The notes beneath the pieces are model-generated. The model made no database searches and had not been told where the DNA came from. It saw only the letters and a list, made by a program, of their open reading frames with translations. Below, one piece after another: positions 7,730 through 16,100 of a stretch of 19,267 bases of DNA. Each line of letters begins with the position of its first letter. Position 1 is the stretch's first letter. The translations under genes and the position numbers were made by a program. The DNA is from Nanobdellati archaeon (lineage in GTDB: Archaea > EX4484-52 > GLR71): NCBI GenBank assembly GCA_019429125.1, contig JAHYJO010000019.1, positions 1 through 19,267 of the forward strand. The letters run 5' to 3'.

Positions 7730-9034
7730 ATGAATATGCCTGAAACAGTAATGATGATGGCTTTCGGAGTATTGATCGCTGGTTTTCTCATATTTACAAT
7801 GGCACAAACGATAAATGTAGGTGTTGAGGTCAAGATGAGCACCCGTGTTGAACACATGGCAGATGACCTTGCAAACGCAATTCAGCATATGTCCTCCTCA
7901 ACAATAGACTATGCAACAGAAGTATATGATGTCGGTATCTGGGGCACATCAATAAATATTGTGGACGATGATATTGCTGGTGATCATTATGTCACTGTAA
8001 AGCACAAGGATTTTGAATATTCGCAATCATTCCATATTGCAAAAGACATAACTGTTAAAGGGAACATATATAATGCAAAAATATTATGTCTTGAAAAATC
8101 ATTTGATAAAAATAACAAGAAAATGATAAAGGTTACTAATTTTGACGATTCTCCGTGCAACACTGCCTACAAGGAACTAGATTTAAGATACAATTTTGAT
8201 TGGGGTTTTGATAATACGAAGACAATCCAGGGTAAACTGAACAGTGTTCCTGACAGAGTTGATTTAGTGACTGAATTACCTATTGGAAAGATAAAATCTG
8301 CATCATTTCATAATTTCAATTTAAGTTCTGGCGATACTGACAAATATTTTTGGATACGACCGGGCGAAAAATCCAAATATTTTGTAAAGTTTGATCTGTA
8401 CATACCACATGCCCCTATCTCTTCAACACAGAACAATTCTGTAAACATAACTATTGATGTATCTCCATTGAATCCATTATATATCGATATTGCTTATAGA
8501 AATATGGCAAAGTATCCTGATTGTGATGCTGTATCAAGAGATTACAGTTGCATTATCCGTGGTGAGCATGATATAACTCTAATCTATCGGAATGGCTGGA
8601 GACCCAACATAACTATAATAAACACACAAGCAACCAAGGATTTTTATGACTGGGGTTTTATAGATACAAAATCATTTTATAATGAAACATTGACAGTCTA
8701 CCCCAATGCAACAGTACAGATGGTACAGTTTCATAACTTCATAACACCTGAAAACGAATATGTAAACATAACTCCTGTTGATATGGGTCGTAATTATTTC
8801 AGTTTCAATGTACGAGTTCCAGATGATGACAATGCCGTAACACATAACAATGTCTCCATAATATTAGATATTGACCCGTTCTATTCACAAAATGTAAACA
8901 TAAAAAATGGTGCAAAAACAATACCTGAATGTTACAGTGGCGAAAAACCGTGTTTTATAAGGATAGGGTCAAGTGTAATCCTTAATCTTGAACCAGAAGA
9001 TTACGCATTTATAATTGAGGATCCAAAATATTAA
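7730..9034 (+). CDS. Pilin-like membrane-anchored protein lacking a basic leader, with two diverged C-terminal repeats
   Basis: AGGAG at 7715-7719. N-terminus MNMPETVMMMAFGVLIAGFLIF, then an amphipathic helix (MADDLANAIQHM); repeated DWGF / FHNF / PxC...CxIR motifs. Confidence 0.65.
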   Translation: MNMPETVMMMAFGVLIAGFLIFTMAQTINVGVEVKMSTRVEHMADDLANAIQHMSSSTIDYATEVYDVGIWGTSINIVDDDIAGDHYVTVKHKDFEYSQSFHIAKDITVKGNIYNAKILCLEKSFDKNNKKMIKVTNFDDSPCNTAYKELDLRYNFDWGFDNTKTIQGKLNSVPDRVDLVTELPIGKIKSASFHNFNLSSGDTDKYFWIRPGEKSKYFVKFDLYIPHAPISSTQNNSVNITIDVSPLNPLYIDIAYRNMAKYPDCDAVSRDYSCIIRGEHDITLIYRNGWRPNITIINTQATKDFYDWGFIDTKSFYNETLTVYPNATVQMVQFHNFITPENEYVNITPVDMGRNYFSFNVRVPDDDNAVTHNNVSIILDIDPFYSQNVNIKNGAKTIPECYSGEKPCFIRIGSSVILNLEPEDYAFIIEDPKY

Positions 9035-9035
9035 C

Positions 9036-9043
9036 GAGGTGAT
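9036..9043 (+). promoter_or_regulatory. Archaeal Shine-Dalgarno site
   Basis: GAGGTGAT ending 8 nt before ATG 9052. Confidence 0.7.
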
Positions 9044-9051
9044 AAACTATT

Positions 9052-9615
9052 ATGTTCAAAATATCATCAATTTCAAAAAAGAAAAAGAAAGGTTCTCTTT
9101 TATTGCCTGTATTCTTCCAAAAGATAATGATGATAGGTCTTGTTGTAGGTGTCATAATGTGGATGATTTATTCCAGCATTAATTCCGAAGAAGTATCAGT
9201 CATAATGCGCCAGGAACGAAACGATGTAGAACTATGGCATCAGGTATTAAGATCTGATATATTTAGGGCTGAATCTGAGAGTACTGCAATCAACACAAAA
9301 ACAGATTACCAAATGTATTTTGATTCTACTAAATTAACATCTGCACGCAGCAGTACTGGTGGTAGTTCGTCAGGGTTACCGGGGGATATATCTTGTAATA
9401 TTCCATTAAATTTATCTAACTGTATTAATTTTTATCCAAACAAATATTATCTAAAGATAAATGATGGAACCACTACTTGGCTTTTCACAAATAATGCAAC
9501 TTTATCATCTACATTTGATAACTATAAGTACAAAGAAGTAATAGGTGTAATAACCTCCCCTAATCCGAATCCTGTTATGGGCACAATATACTTTAAGACA
9601 GAATTATACGAATGA
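9052..9615 (+). CDS. Minor pilin-like protein with class III signal peptide
   Basis: MFKISSISKKKKKG|SLLLPVFFQKIMMIGLVVGVIMWMIY; strong SD site; ATGA overlap with the next gene. Confidence 0.72.
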   Translation: MFKISSISKKKKKGSLLLPVFFQKIMMIGLVVGVIMWMIYSSINSEEVSVIMRQERNDVELWHQVLRSDIFRAESESTAINTKTDYQMYFDSTKLTSARSSTGGSSSGLPGDISCNIPLNLSNCINFYPNKYYLKINDGTTTWLFTNNATLSSTFDNYKYKEVIGVITSPNPNPVMGTIYFKTELYE

Positions 9616-10370
9616 TTATTATGGGTTTTAAATATAACAAACATATACATAACAGGATTTCCAAAAGGAAAGGTTTTGTACAGCATTGGTTCGTACTGAT
9701 AATGTCTTTCATGTTAGTTATAGCAATAATACTATTAGTCAGTATTTTTAATATAAATATAACTTCAAGCGTTGTGACGGGCAATCTTAACATGCAATAT
9801 TCAACCGATTCCGGAAGGGAAATCTATGCACTCCTTTCGGCAGGATGTCCTGCTGTAAATGAACCTTATAATGATTACAATGTTGCAGATCTCATAAGTG
9901 TGTATGTCAGCGGAGACCTTACTGTTAAAGAATCAATAGATACAGATCTTAGAAGTTGCATAGCTTCATCTCTTACAAAAATTGCAGAAGTCAATGAAGG
10001 AAAAGATAAAACAGGCATAATACCTCATTATATGTACTTTTATGTGACTTATGGGGGTCAGAACTATTTAGAAGAGCGACGCCCAGGCATAACCTATGAT
10101 AAGAAGGTAAATATATTAATACCTTTTAATGTAAATTTTGTTTTAACCACAACTGGTATGGATTATAAAATTGATACTCTTAGAACCGTTCCAACATCCT
10201 TACCTGTCAATCCAAGTTATTTTTCAAGCACGATGAATGACAGATATTCAATACAAATTCCATTATTTGATTCCGGTAACATGCAGTACAGTTCAGCAAC
10301 CGCAGTTTTAGAAGAATGGAGTGACGAGTCCTGGACAACTTTAACACAAGCACAGCAGGAGGGGTTATGA
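9612..10370 (+). CDS. Minor pilin-like protein with class III signal peptide
   Basis: ...NRISKRKG|FVQHWFVLIMSFMLVIAIILLVSIF; ATGA overlaps at both ends (alternative start 9621). Confidence 0.72.
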   Translation: MIIMGFKYNKHIHNRISKRKGFVQHWFVLIMSFMLVIAIILLVSIFNINITSSVVTGNLNMQYSTDSGREIYALLSAGCPAVNEPYNDYNVADLISVYVSGDLTVKESIDTDLRSCIASSLTKIAEVNEGKDKTGIIPHYMYFYVTYGGQNYLEERRPGITYDKKVNILIPFNVNFVLTTTGMDYKIDTLRTVPTSLPVNPSYFSSTMNDRYSIQIPLFDSGNMQYSSATAVLEEWSDESWTTLTQAQQEGL

Positions 10371-13300
10371 TTATGGCGTACAATAAAAAAATAAAAGGAG
10401 TTTCTGGAATAGAACTACTTATCCCTATTTTTTTAATGATGTTCTCATTGATTGTAATCTTTGCAGGTGTTGAATGGGGTGTTAATACTTTGGTATTAAT
10501 GGATAATGAAAAGAAAGTCACCCAGATGGATACTGAGCTTTTAAGCGTCACAGATTTGTACATCACACCTTCATTAAAATACGCAATGCAGGAAGTTACA
10601 AGAGACCTTGCACTCCACGGGGGTCTGTCATCTGAAATATTAAAAAATTATAAATTATTTATTGAAGCTGGTACCTCTACATCACCATTTGAAACACAAA
10701 TAGAAAATGATTTCAACCACGGCAATCTTGATTTTCCATCAATAACCAATCCTCCTATGAAAATTGAAGGAGACATTCTTTACTGGTCTTACGTGCTTGG
10801 TGAAAACAACAATAAAAAAACAATACCTTATACTTTTGACCTTATAAGTTCAACAACACCCTATAAGTTATATGGTACTCGTAGTCTCCAATGGTCTCCT
10901 CCTTTTACCTATTTAATAACAGATGTTGATGGAACTGTAAACAAATATGATGTAGTGGGTACAAATTATATCCTTTCTGGACAGTACACAGGTCCTGCAG
11001 TCATTTCCGGAGATACTCTGATAAAGCTTAATATGTCTGGGGGCACTGGTTCAGCAAACGTTGAAGGCGTATATAATATTAGTTCTTATTTTGAACCATT
11101 GTTTCCGAGAATATCATATCCTGATGACGCACTTGCACAAAGGACAATATTCCCACGATTTACAGATATTATGTTAAGCGACAGATTAAACAGTTACAGG
11201 TCCGATTATGGTGATTCAAAGACTGATATAGGGTCTACATTATCTCTTGGTACTTGGAATGCATTTTTTGTGCCTGTCCTTATGGAATTAGATAAGACTG
11301 TTGCGTTTTATGGTGGTAATCGTATTGTTGAAACAACATCTTCAATTGAGATGCAAAATACTGATCCCGTAAAATCCGAATTAGACAATAGATATTGGAA
11401 ATTATTTGATCTTGCAAATTTATTTATGGGTACTATCACAGATAATGATTTCTTAGATGATACATTGACAATGAACGCACATTATTCTGAGAGTTATGTA
11501 GGTCATGAAATATTTAGAGATAAAAGTTCAAAGACTTGCAGTGATGAATGGGGTATTTCTTGTGATGGGATCACAGAGAATACGGTAGCAACTCCATCAT
11601 GTACTCCTTCACCGTCAAGCACAACTGAATTATATATCAAAGAATTGACAATTGATTCGCATGAATATGAATTAAGTGAAATAATAAATGTGAAACTTTT
11701 TGTTGATTGTATTTATAATGAATACTTCAATTGGACAATAGCTTATTATGATGGAGGTATTGATTGGGGTTATAATAAAACGGGTACAACAAAATGTCCA
11801 TCTTTTGCAGGAGGTAGTATAACTATCTCTGAACAATTGGCTATGGAATCTACATATAGTGGTATTCATTTAATAAGGGCAAGTGTAGGAAATGACTCTA
11901 CAGATATCTTAGGAAGTACTTGCATGTCTGCAGACAATGATGATGTTACTTTTACATATTTAGGTGTCGCTGGAAGTTATATGTATGCAGATGATTATGT
12001 AAACGATACCTGTTTTGATGGCGATAAAAATTGTATTTTCCAAAAAACATGTAATGATAAATATCAAGGAACTCCTCCTCAACTGAGACCTAAAAATCCG
12101 TCAGACAAATTCACGACCTTGACTGCAAAAGATGGTAGCTATGAAAGTGTACCAATTATTTTTGATGTAGAAGATAATTTCAACAATAATTATCATCAAA
12201 AATTTGTGAATATGGGTCTTGTTCCATTCATCTATGAAAATATGACAAAAGAAGAGCTTGCAAAAAACATTTCTGTTGCTGATGAAGTCTCTCTTACTTT
12301 CAATTATGGTTCAGATACAACAATTGCTTGCAGTGAAAGGGAAGATATCATAGAAAAAGTAACTGTATTTATGCTTTATAATCCTACTTTATTACCTAGT
12401 ATAACTGTTGAGACTTTCGTAATGACTCCACAAAAACTCACTGAAGACACCTCTAGAATTGAGATAGGTTCAATAAACCCCGAATTAGGTGCTACAGACA
12501 GTTCTGACTTTTACAAAAAACAGAAAATACCTTTGAATAAAGCTTTGATTGCAGAAGTGATAAATAAGACTGGCACTGCTGAGTTTACAATTCGGGTAGA
12601 TACCGTAGCAAATGGTGAAAACATACCGGCACAGATGTATCCTGAAATAAATTCGAGAATCTATGCATATGATGTTCTTACGAAAGGTGCATACCCATCA
12701 AGAACAATTGACATAAATCCAACTTATATAACAAATAGTCTTGAACCTTCTATGAATTATGGTTTCAAAAATGCAAAAGGTATAGCGACAGACAGCTATG
12801 GGAACATATATGTCATAAATTCAGATGACCACAGGTTGTATAGATACAACCGTTTCGGAACCTTCAATGGCTGGATGGACCTTCCAGACCTTGATCCTCG
12901 AGGTGTGGATATTGACACAAGAAATGGAAACATCTACATAAGTTATTATATTGGAAAAAACATAACACGGTACGACAATTTCTTTGACTCGCGCAATCTT
13001 GCCCAAAATCCAGGAATCCCCCCTAAACCCTTCCAGAAGTGTAGTCGTTTTGCAAGTGCATATCCTACAGATGTGGCATTCTATAAAGGTACAGTCTTCA
13101 CAATTTTTGAAGATAATAAATTGGATTACTGTAAAACCTCAAGTGACAGTTGGCTTATTATAAATACATTGCCAGATGTTGCAGGAACTGATAAAATTAT
13201 GGCCATTTCTGTAGATCAAGCAGAAGACCGTCTTTATGCCAAAGTAAATAAACCTACAGGATTTGTAGATGTAAATGGCAATCCAACATATTATCGTTAT

Positions 13301-14698
13301 TACTATGTCTATGACCTTAGTGTTTTTGTAAACACTCTAAATCCGACAAGCATAACTCGTATAATTGACGAGACAATACCTATAAATTTCAGTCTGACAT
13401 ACTTTGATATATACACCCCTCAAAAAGGCGGTGATACTCAGGCATATTTCACTTACATGACAAAATCAAAAAAAGATACGTATGCGCTTCTTGACGATTT
13501 CAGGTTCAACATAGATTTCGGCGACACTTTTAAGATTGAAGTTGAATCGATGGAAAACATAAAAGGCCTAACAGACAGAATAGAATATTATGATGATGGT
13601 TGCGGTTCTGTTACCAAAAAAGATAATTGTGAGACTTTATGGGGTACATATGCTTTAAATGAATATTTCAAAGAAATATCTTATTTTAATAAAAGTACTG
13701 ATGTAGATTGTACTGAACTTAATCAAGGTCTTGGTCCTGTTGATAATGAAACTATAAGTAAGATAAAAACAATACTTAACATCCCACAAGATGATACTAT
13801 TCTATGTACAAAAACGATTGATTCTGCAAATATACCGATTTTATTCATAGGAGATTATATGGAATTAAAGATAAAAGACAAGATAATAGGTCCAAGAATA
13901 ATCAATGAAGTCAGAAGATTAAATGATGTCTACAATTCAGAAGGTATATATATTGATGTTGATTATACTATTAATTCAGATTTTGGTACCGGTTGGGATG
14001 ATGATGGATTCTGGAAAGAAAAAGATAAATATGTAGATACTCGAGTAACTAGTACAATCTGTACTTGTGAAACTACTTCTTCAGCATCATGTGGGTCTTA
14101 TACGGGGCGTGCAAGTGATTTTTATGAAAAAACAGAGTCTTATTGTGAATATTCTTATGGTGCTATCTATTCTATGAATGTCACAATTGAAGATAAAAAC
14201 ACAAACATTTGGGATCCTATCTTACATGATATGACATCATTGAAATTTAAATATGGTTTTGAATGGTCTGTTCTTGATAATATTATAAGTCATATTTATA
14301 TTGCCGATGAACGAGGTGGTCAAAGGTATTGTGGTATCACACCTGAAGGGTGTCATAAACAAGATACTTTTGTAAATTATGATGATGCAGAAGATGACCC
14401 TGATGATTGTGATGCAAACATTGGTGCTGACGTAACCTATGTTGGAAAAACTTGTATAACAGATACTCATGGCACTTGTTGGACTGGGGGGTATCATGAT
14501 TGTAATTATTATAGTTGTAATTGTGGTACTTCTGGTGACCCTCCATCTTACTCCTGTGATACTTGTCATGAGCATTGTAAAACTTATACTTGTTCTGCTT
14601 GTGGATATAATTATAATTGTAATTATTATTCCGATTCATGTGGTGGTTTGTATACTCCCTCTAGCACTATAAGAACAACAAAATGTAGTGGGGATTAA
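10367..14698 (+). CDS. Giant (1443 aa) pilin-like putative adhesin with NHL/beta-propeller-like repeats and Cys-rich C-terminus
   Basis: MAYNKKIKG|VSGIELLIPIFLMMFSLIVIFAGV (Glu at +5). GGAGG at 10358-10362 favours start 10373. NHL-like FKNAKGIATDSYGNIYV and PRGVDIDTRNGNIYIS; 16 Cys in the last 122 aa; no second TM helix evident. Confidence 0.75.
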   Translation: MIMAYNKKIKGVSGIELLIPIFLMMFSLIVIFAGVEWGVNTLVLMDNEKKVTQMDTELLSVTDLYITPSLKYAMQEVTRDLALHGGLSSEILKNYKLFIEAGTSTSPFETQIENDFNHGNLDFPSITNPPMKIEGDILYWSYVLGENNNKKTIPYTFDLISSTTPYKLYGTRSLQWSPPFTYLITDVDGTVNKYDVVGTNYILSGQYTGPAVISGDTLIKLNMSGGTGSANVEGVYNISSYFEPLFPRISYPDDALAQRTIFPRFTDIMLSDRLNSYRSDYGDSKTDIGSTLSLGTWNAFFVPVLMELDKTVAFYGGNRIVETTSSIEMQNTDPVKSELDNRYWKLFDLANLFMGTITDNDFLDDTLTMNAHYSESYVGHEIFRDKSSKTCSDEWGISCDGITENTVATPSCTPSPSSTTELYIKELTIDSHEYELSEIINVKLFVDCIYNEYFNWTIAYYDGGIDWGYNKTGTTKCPSFAGGSITISEQLAMESTYSGIHLIRASVGNDSTDILGSTCMSADNDDVTFTYLGVAGSYMYADDYVNDTCFDGDKNCIFQKTCNDKYQGTPPQLRPKNPSDKFTTLTAKDGSYESVPIIFDVEDNFNNNYHQKFVNMGLVPFIYENMTKEELAKNISVADEVSLTFNYGSDTTIACSEREDIIEKVTVFMLYNPTLLPSITVETFVMTPQKLTEDTSRIEIGSINPELGATDSSDFYKKQKIPLNKALIAEVINKTGTAEFTIRVDTVANGENIPAQMYPEINSRIYAYDVLTKGAYPSRTIDINPTYITNSLEPSMNYGFKNAKGIATDSYGNIYVINSDDHRLYRYNRFGTFNGWMDLPDLDPRGVDIDTRNGNIYISYYIGKNITRYDNFFDSRNLAQNPGIPPKPFQKCSRFASAYPTDVAFYKGTVFTIFEDNKLDYCKTSSDSWLIINTLPDVAGTDKIMAISVDQAEDRLYAKVNKPTGFVDVNGNPTYYRYYYVYDLSVFVNTLNPTSITRIIDETIPINFSLTYFDIYTPQKGGDTQAYFTYMTKSKKDTYALLDDFRFNIDFGDTFKIEVESMENIKGLTDRIEYYDDGCGSVTKKDNCETLWGTYALNEYFKEISYFNKSTDVDCTELNQGLGPVDNETISKIKTILNIPQDDTILCTKTIDSANIPILFIGDYMELKIKDKIIGPRIINEVRRLNDVYNSEGIYIDVDYTINSDFGTGWDDDGFWKEKDKYVDTRVTSTICTCETTSSASCGSYTGRASDFYEKTESYCEYSYGAIYSMNVTIEDKNTNIWDPILHDMTSLKFKYGFEWSVLDNIISHIYIADERGGQRYCGITPEGCHKQDTFVNYDDAEDDPDDCDANIGADVTYVGKTCITDTHGTCWTGGYHDCNYYSCNCGTSGDPPSYSCDTCHEHCKTYTCSACGYNYNCNYYSDSCGGLYTPSSTIRTTKCSGD

Positions 14699-15068
14699 AT
14701 CCCTTTCAATCGTAATATTATTAACTTTTGTACTTGTCTAGCAAAAAAATAATAGGCATGCTATGACCATTATGATGTAACTTAAATACATTATACTTTT
14801 TATAAAATCAATAGCTACAGCTTGAAAATGTGTAGTTAATTTTTGTTAAAAAATATTTACTCCTTTTTTGTAAAATCGATAGCATGCAAGTAACGTAGAA
14901 AATTATAACTTAAAAATATTTCAACAAATAATGACCCTATCAAAAAAATCGTAAGCAAGTAAGACAAAATTTAGCTAAACAAGTACTAACTTTTTAATTT
15001 TTATTGAACTTTTCCATTATTAAAACTTTGGCGAAATGTTTTAGGGATACGACGAGACCCCACCCCAA

Positions 15069-15084
15069 CCGAAACCTATATATA
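15069..15084 (+). promoter_or_regulatory. BRE/TATA promoter of the stand-alone pilin gene
   Basis: CCGAAACC-TATATATA, TATA box at 15077-15084, about 33 nt before ATG 15118. Confidence 0.6.
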
Positions 15085-15117
15085 CCACCAAACCTAAAAT
15101 ATAAAATAGTGATAATT

Positions 15118-15417
15118 ATGATATCAAAAAAATCCCGAAAAGGTATGGGTATGGCACTGACTCTTGTAGTCACAGCTGTTGTCCTTATAGTCATAAGCCT
15201 TGTAATAATTACAATGGTGACTGGTGGTCTTTCAAAGTTTGGTGCATCAAACAATCAACAGATGAATGATTCAAGTGCCGCAACAAGTGATGCTATTGCA
15301 GTAGCATATTGTAATGCACAAAACGATGTAAGTGGAGATGCATGCTGTAAATCTAAATATGCTGGTAAGGATTGTACTGATATTATAACTTGTGGAATTA
15401 CTTGCCCAACTCCATGA
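15118..15417 (+). CDS. Type IV pilin, candidate major pilin
   Basis: Start reassigned from 15004 (TTG) to ATG 15118: MISKKSRKG|MGMALTLVVTAVVLIVISLVIITMVTGGLSKFG; 6-Cys head; own promoter and oligo-T terminator. Confidence 0.85.
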   Translation: MISKKSRKGMGMALTLVVTAVVLIVISLVIITMVTGGLSKFGASNNQQMNDSSAATSDAIAVAYCNAQNDVSGDACCKSKYAGKDCTDIITCGITCPTP

Positions 15418-15426
15418 TTTAACCAA

Positions 15427-15456
15427 TTTCCCCTTTTTTCCTTCCTTTTTTATATC
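15427..15456 (+). terminator. Archaeal oligo-T/pyrimidine terminator, possibly overlapping the TATA box of the next gene
   Basis: TTTCCCCTTTTTTCCTTCCTTTTTTATATC just after the pilin stop; TTTATAT lies about 22-28 nt before ATG 15477. Confidence 0.5.
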
Positions 15457-15476
15457 TTTAATCTCAAATAACTCTT

Positions 15477-16100
15477 ATGTCTAAACCTAAAACCACTTAT
15501 CCCTTAAAAGTCCAATCATTCTACAACTCAATCTCACATTTATATCCCTTGATCTCATTCGTAGACAATAAAGCCAAAAACCGAGGAATCTCATTCTCAG
15601 AACCAAAACAAGGCAATAAAGTCCTATGTATCGGTTTCGGTCTGGGCGAAGAGATAAAAAAATACAATAGTTTCGGTTGCACGACTTACGGCCTTGAATT
15701 TTCAGGCAGTATGATAAAGTCTGCAAAAAAAAGAAACACTCTAAAAAACCTCGCAAAAGGCAACACATTCTCTCTGCCCTACAAAGACAAGTCTTTTGAC
15801 ATCATATACAGCGCATACATGATAGACATTTTCGAAAACGCACAAATAATAGAAATCTTAAAAGAGATGAGACGTGCATTGAAACCTAAAGGAAAAATAA
15901 TTTCAGTAAATAACACATTTGATAAAGGACTCCTCTCAAGAATCCTCATAACCTACTATTTATTCGTAAAAGACAACATATTTACAAGGATGAAGACTCG
16001 ACCAATAATAGCAGAAGACCTTTTCAGAAAAGCAGGATTAAGAGAAATAAAACAAAAGAAAGTATTCTGGGCTTCAGAAGCTGTAATAGGTATTAAATAA
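15477..16100 (+). CDS. Class I SAM-dependent methyltransferase (UbiE/Methyltransf_11-like), substrate unknown
   Basis: Motif I VLCIGFGLG, post-I GLEFSGSMI, motif II LPYKDKSFDIIYS, motif III EMRRALKPKGKI. Confidence 0.85.
   Translation: MSKPKTTYPLKVQSFYNSISHLYPLISFVDNKAKNRGISFSEPKQGNKVLCIGFGLGEEIKKYNSFGCTTYGLEFSGSMIKSAKKRNTLKNLAKGNTFSLPYKDKSFDIIYSAYMIDIFENAQIIEILKEMRRALKPKGKIISVNNTFDKGLLSRILITYYLFVKDNIFTRMKTRPIIAEDLFRKAGLREIKQKKVFWASEAVIGIK

Noticed and set aside
14237-14672. Alternative-frame ORFs over the adhesin 3' end, including hydrophobic 14469..14672 and N/Y/H-rich 14337..14639
   Set aside because: By-products of TGT/TAT/AAT-rich codons in the Cys/Tyr tail; no independent start signals.
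14691-14706. GGGAT-TAA-ATCCC inverted repeat around the adhesin stop codon, followed by TTT
   Set aside because: Only a 5-bp stem; could be chance, so not called as a terminator.
14699-15117. Possible CRISPR array, tRNA or structured RNA in the long intergenic gap
   Set aside because: No regularly spaced identical repeats, no cloverleaf and no extended GC-rich stems visible.
15004-15117. Upstream extension of the pilin ORF from TTG 15004 (similarly 7123 and 7467 for other pilins)
   Set aside because: The 15004 extension spans the TATA box, and the other two overlap the preceding genes; downstream ATGs give typical short class III leaders.
5848-15417. Archaellum (arl/fla) operon
   Set aside because: No archaellin-type conserved N-terminus recognised, and no arlH/I/J or chemotaxis genes.
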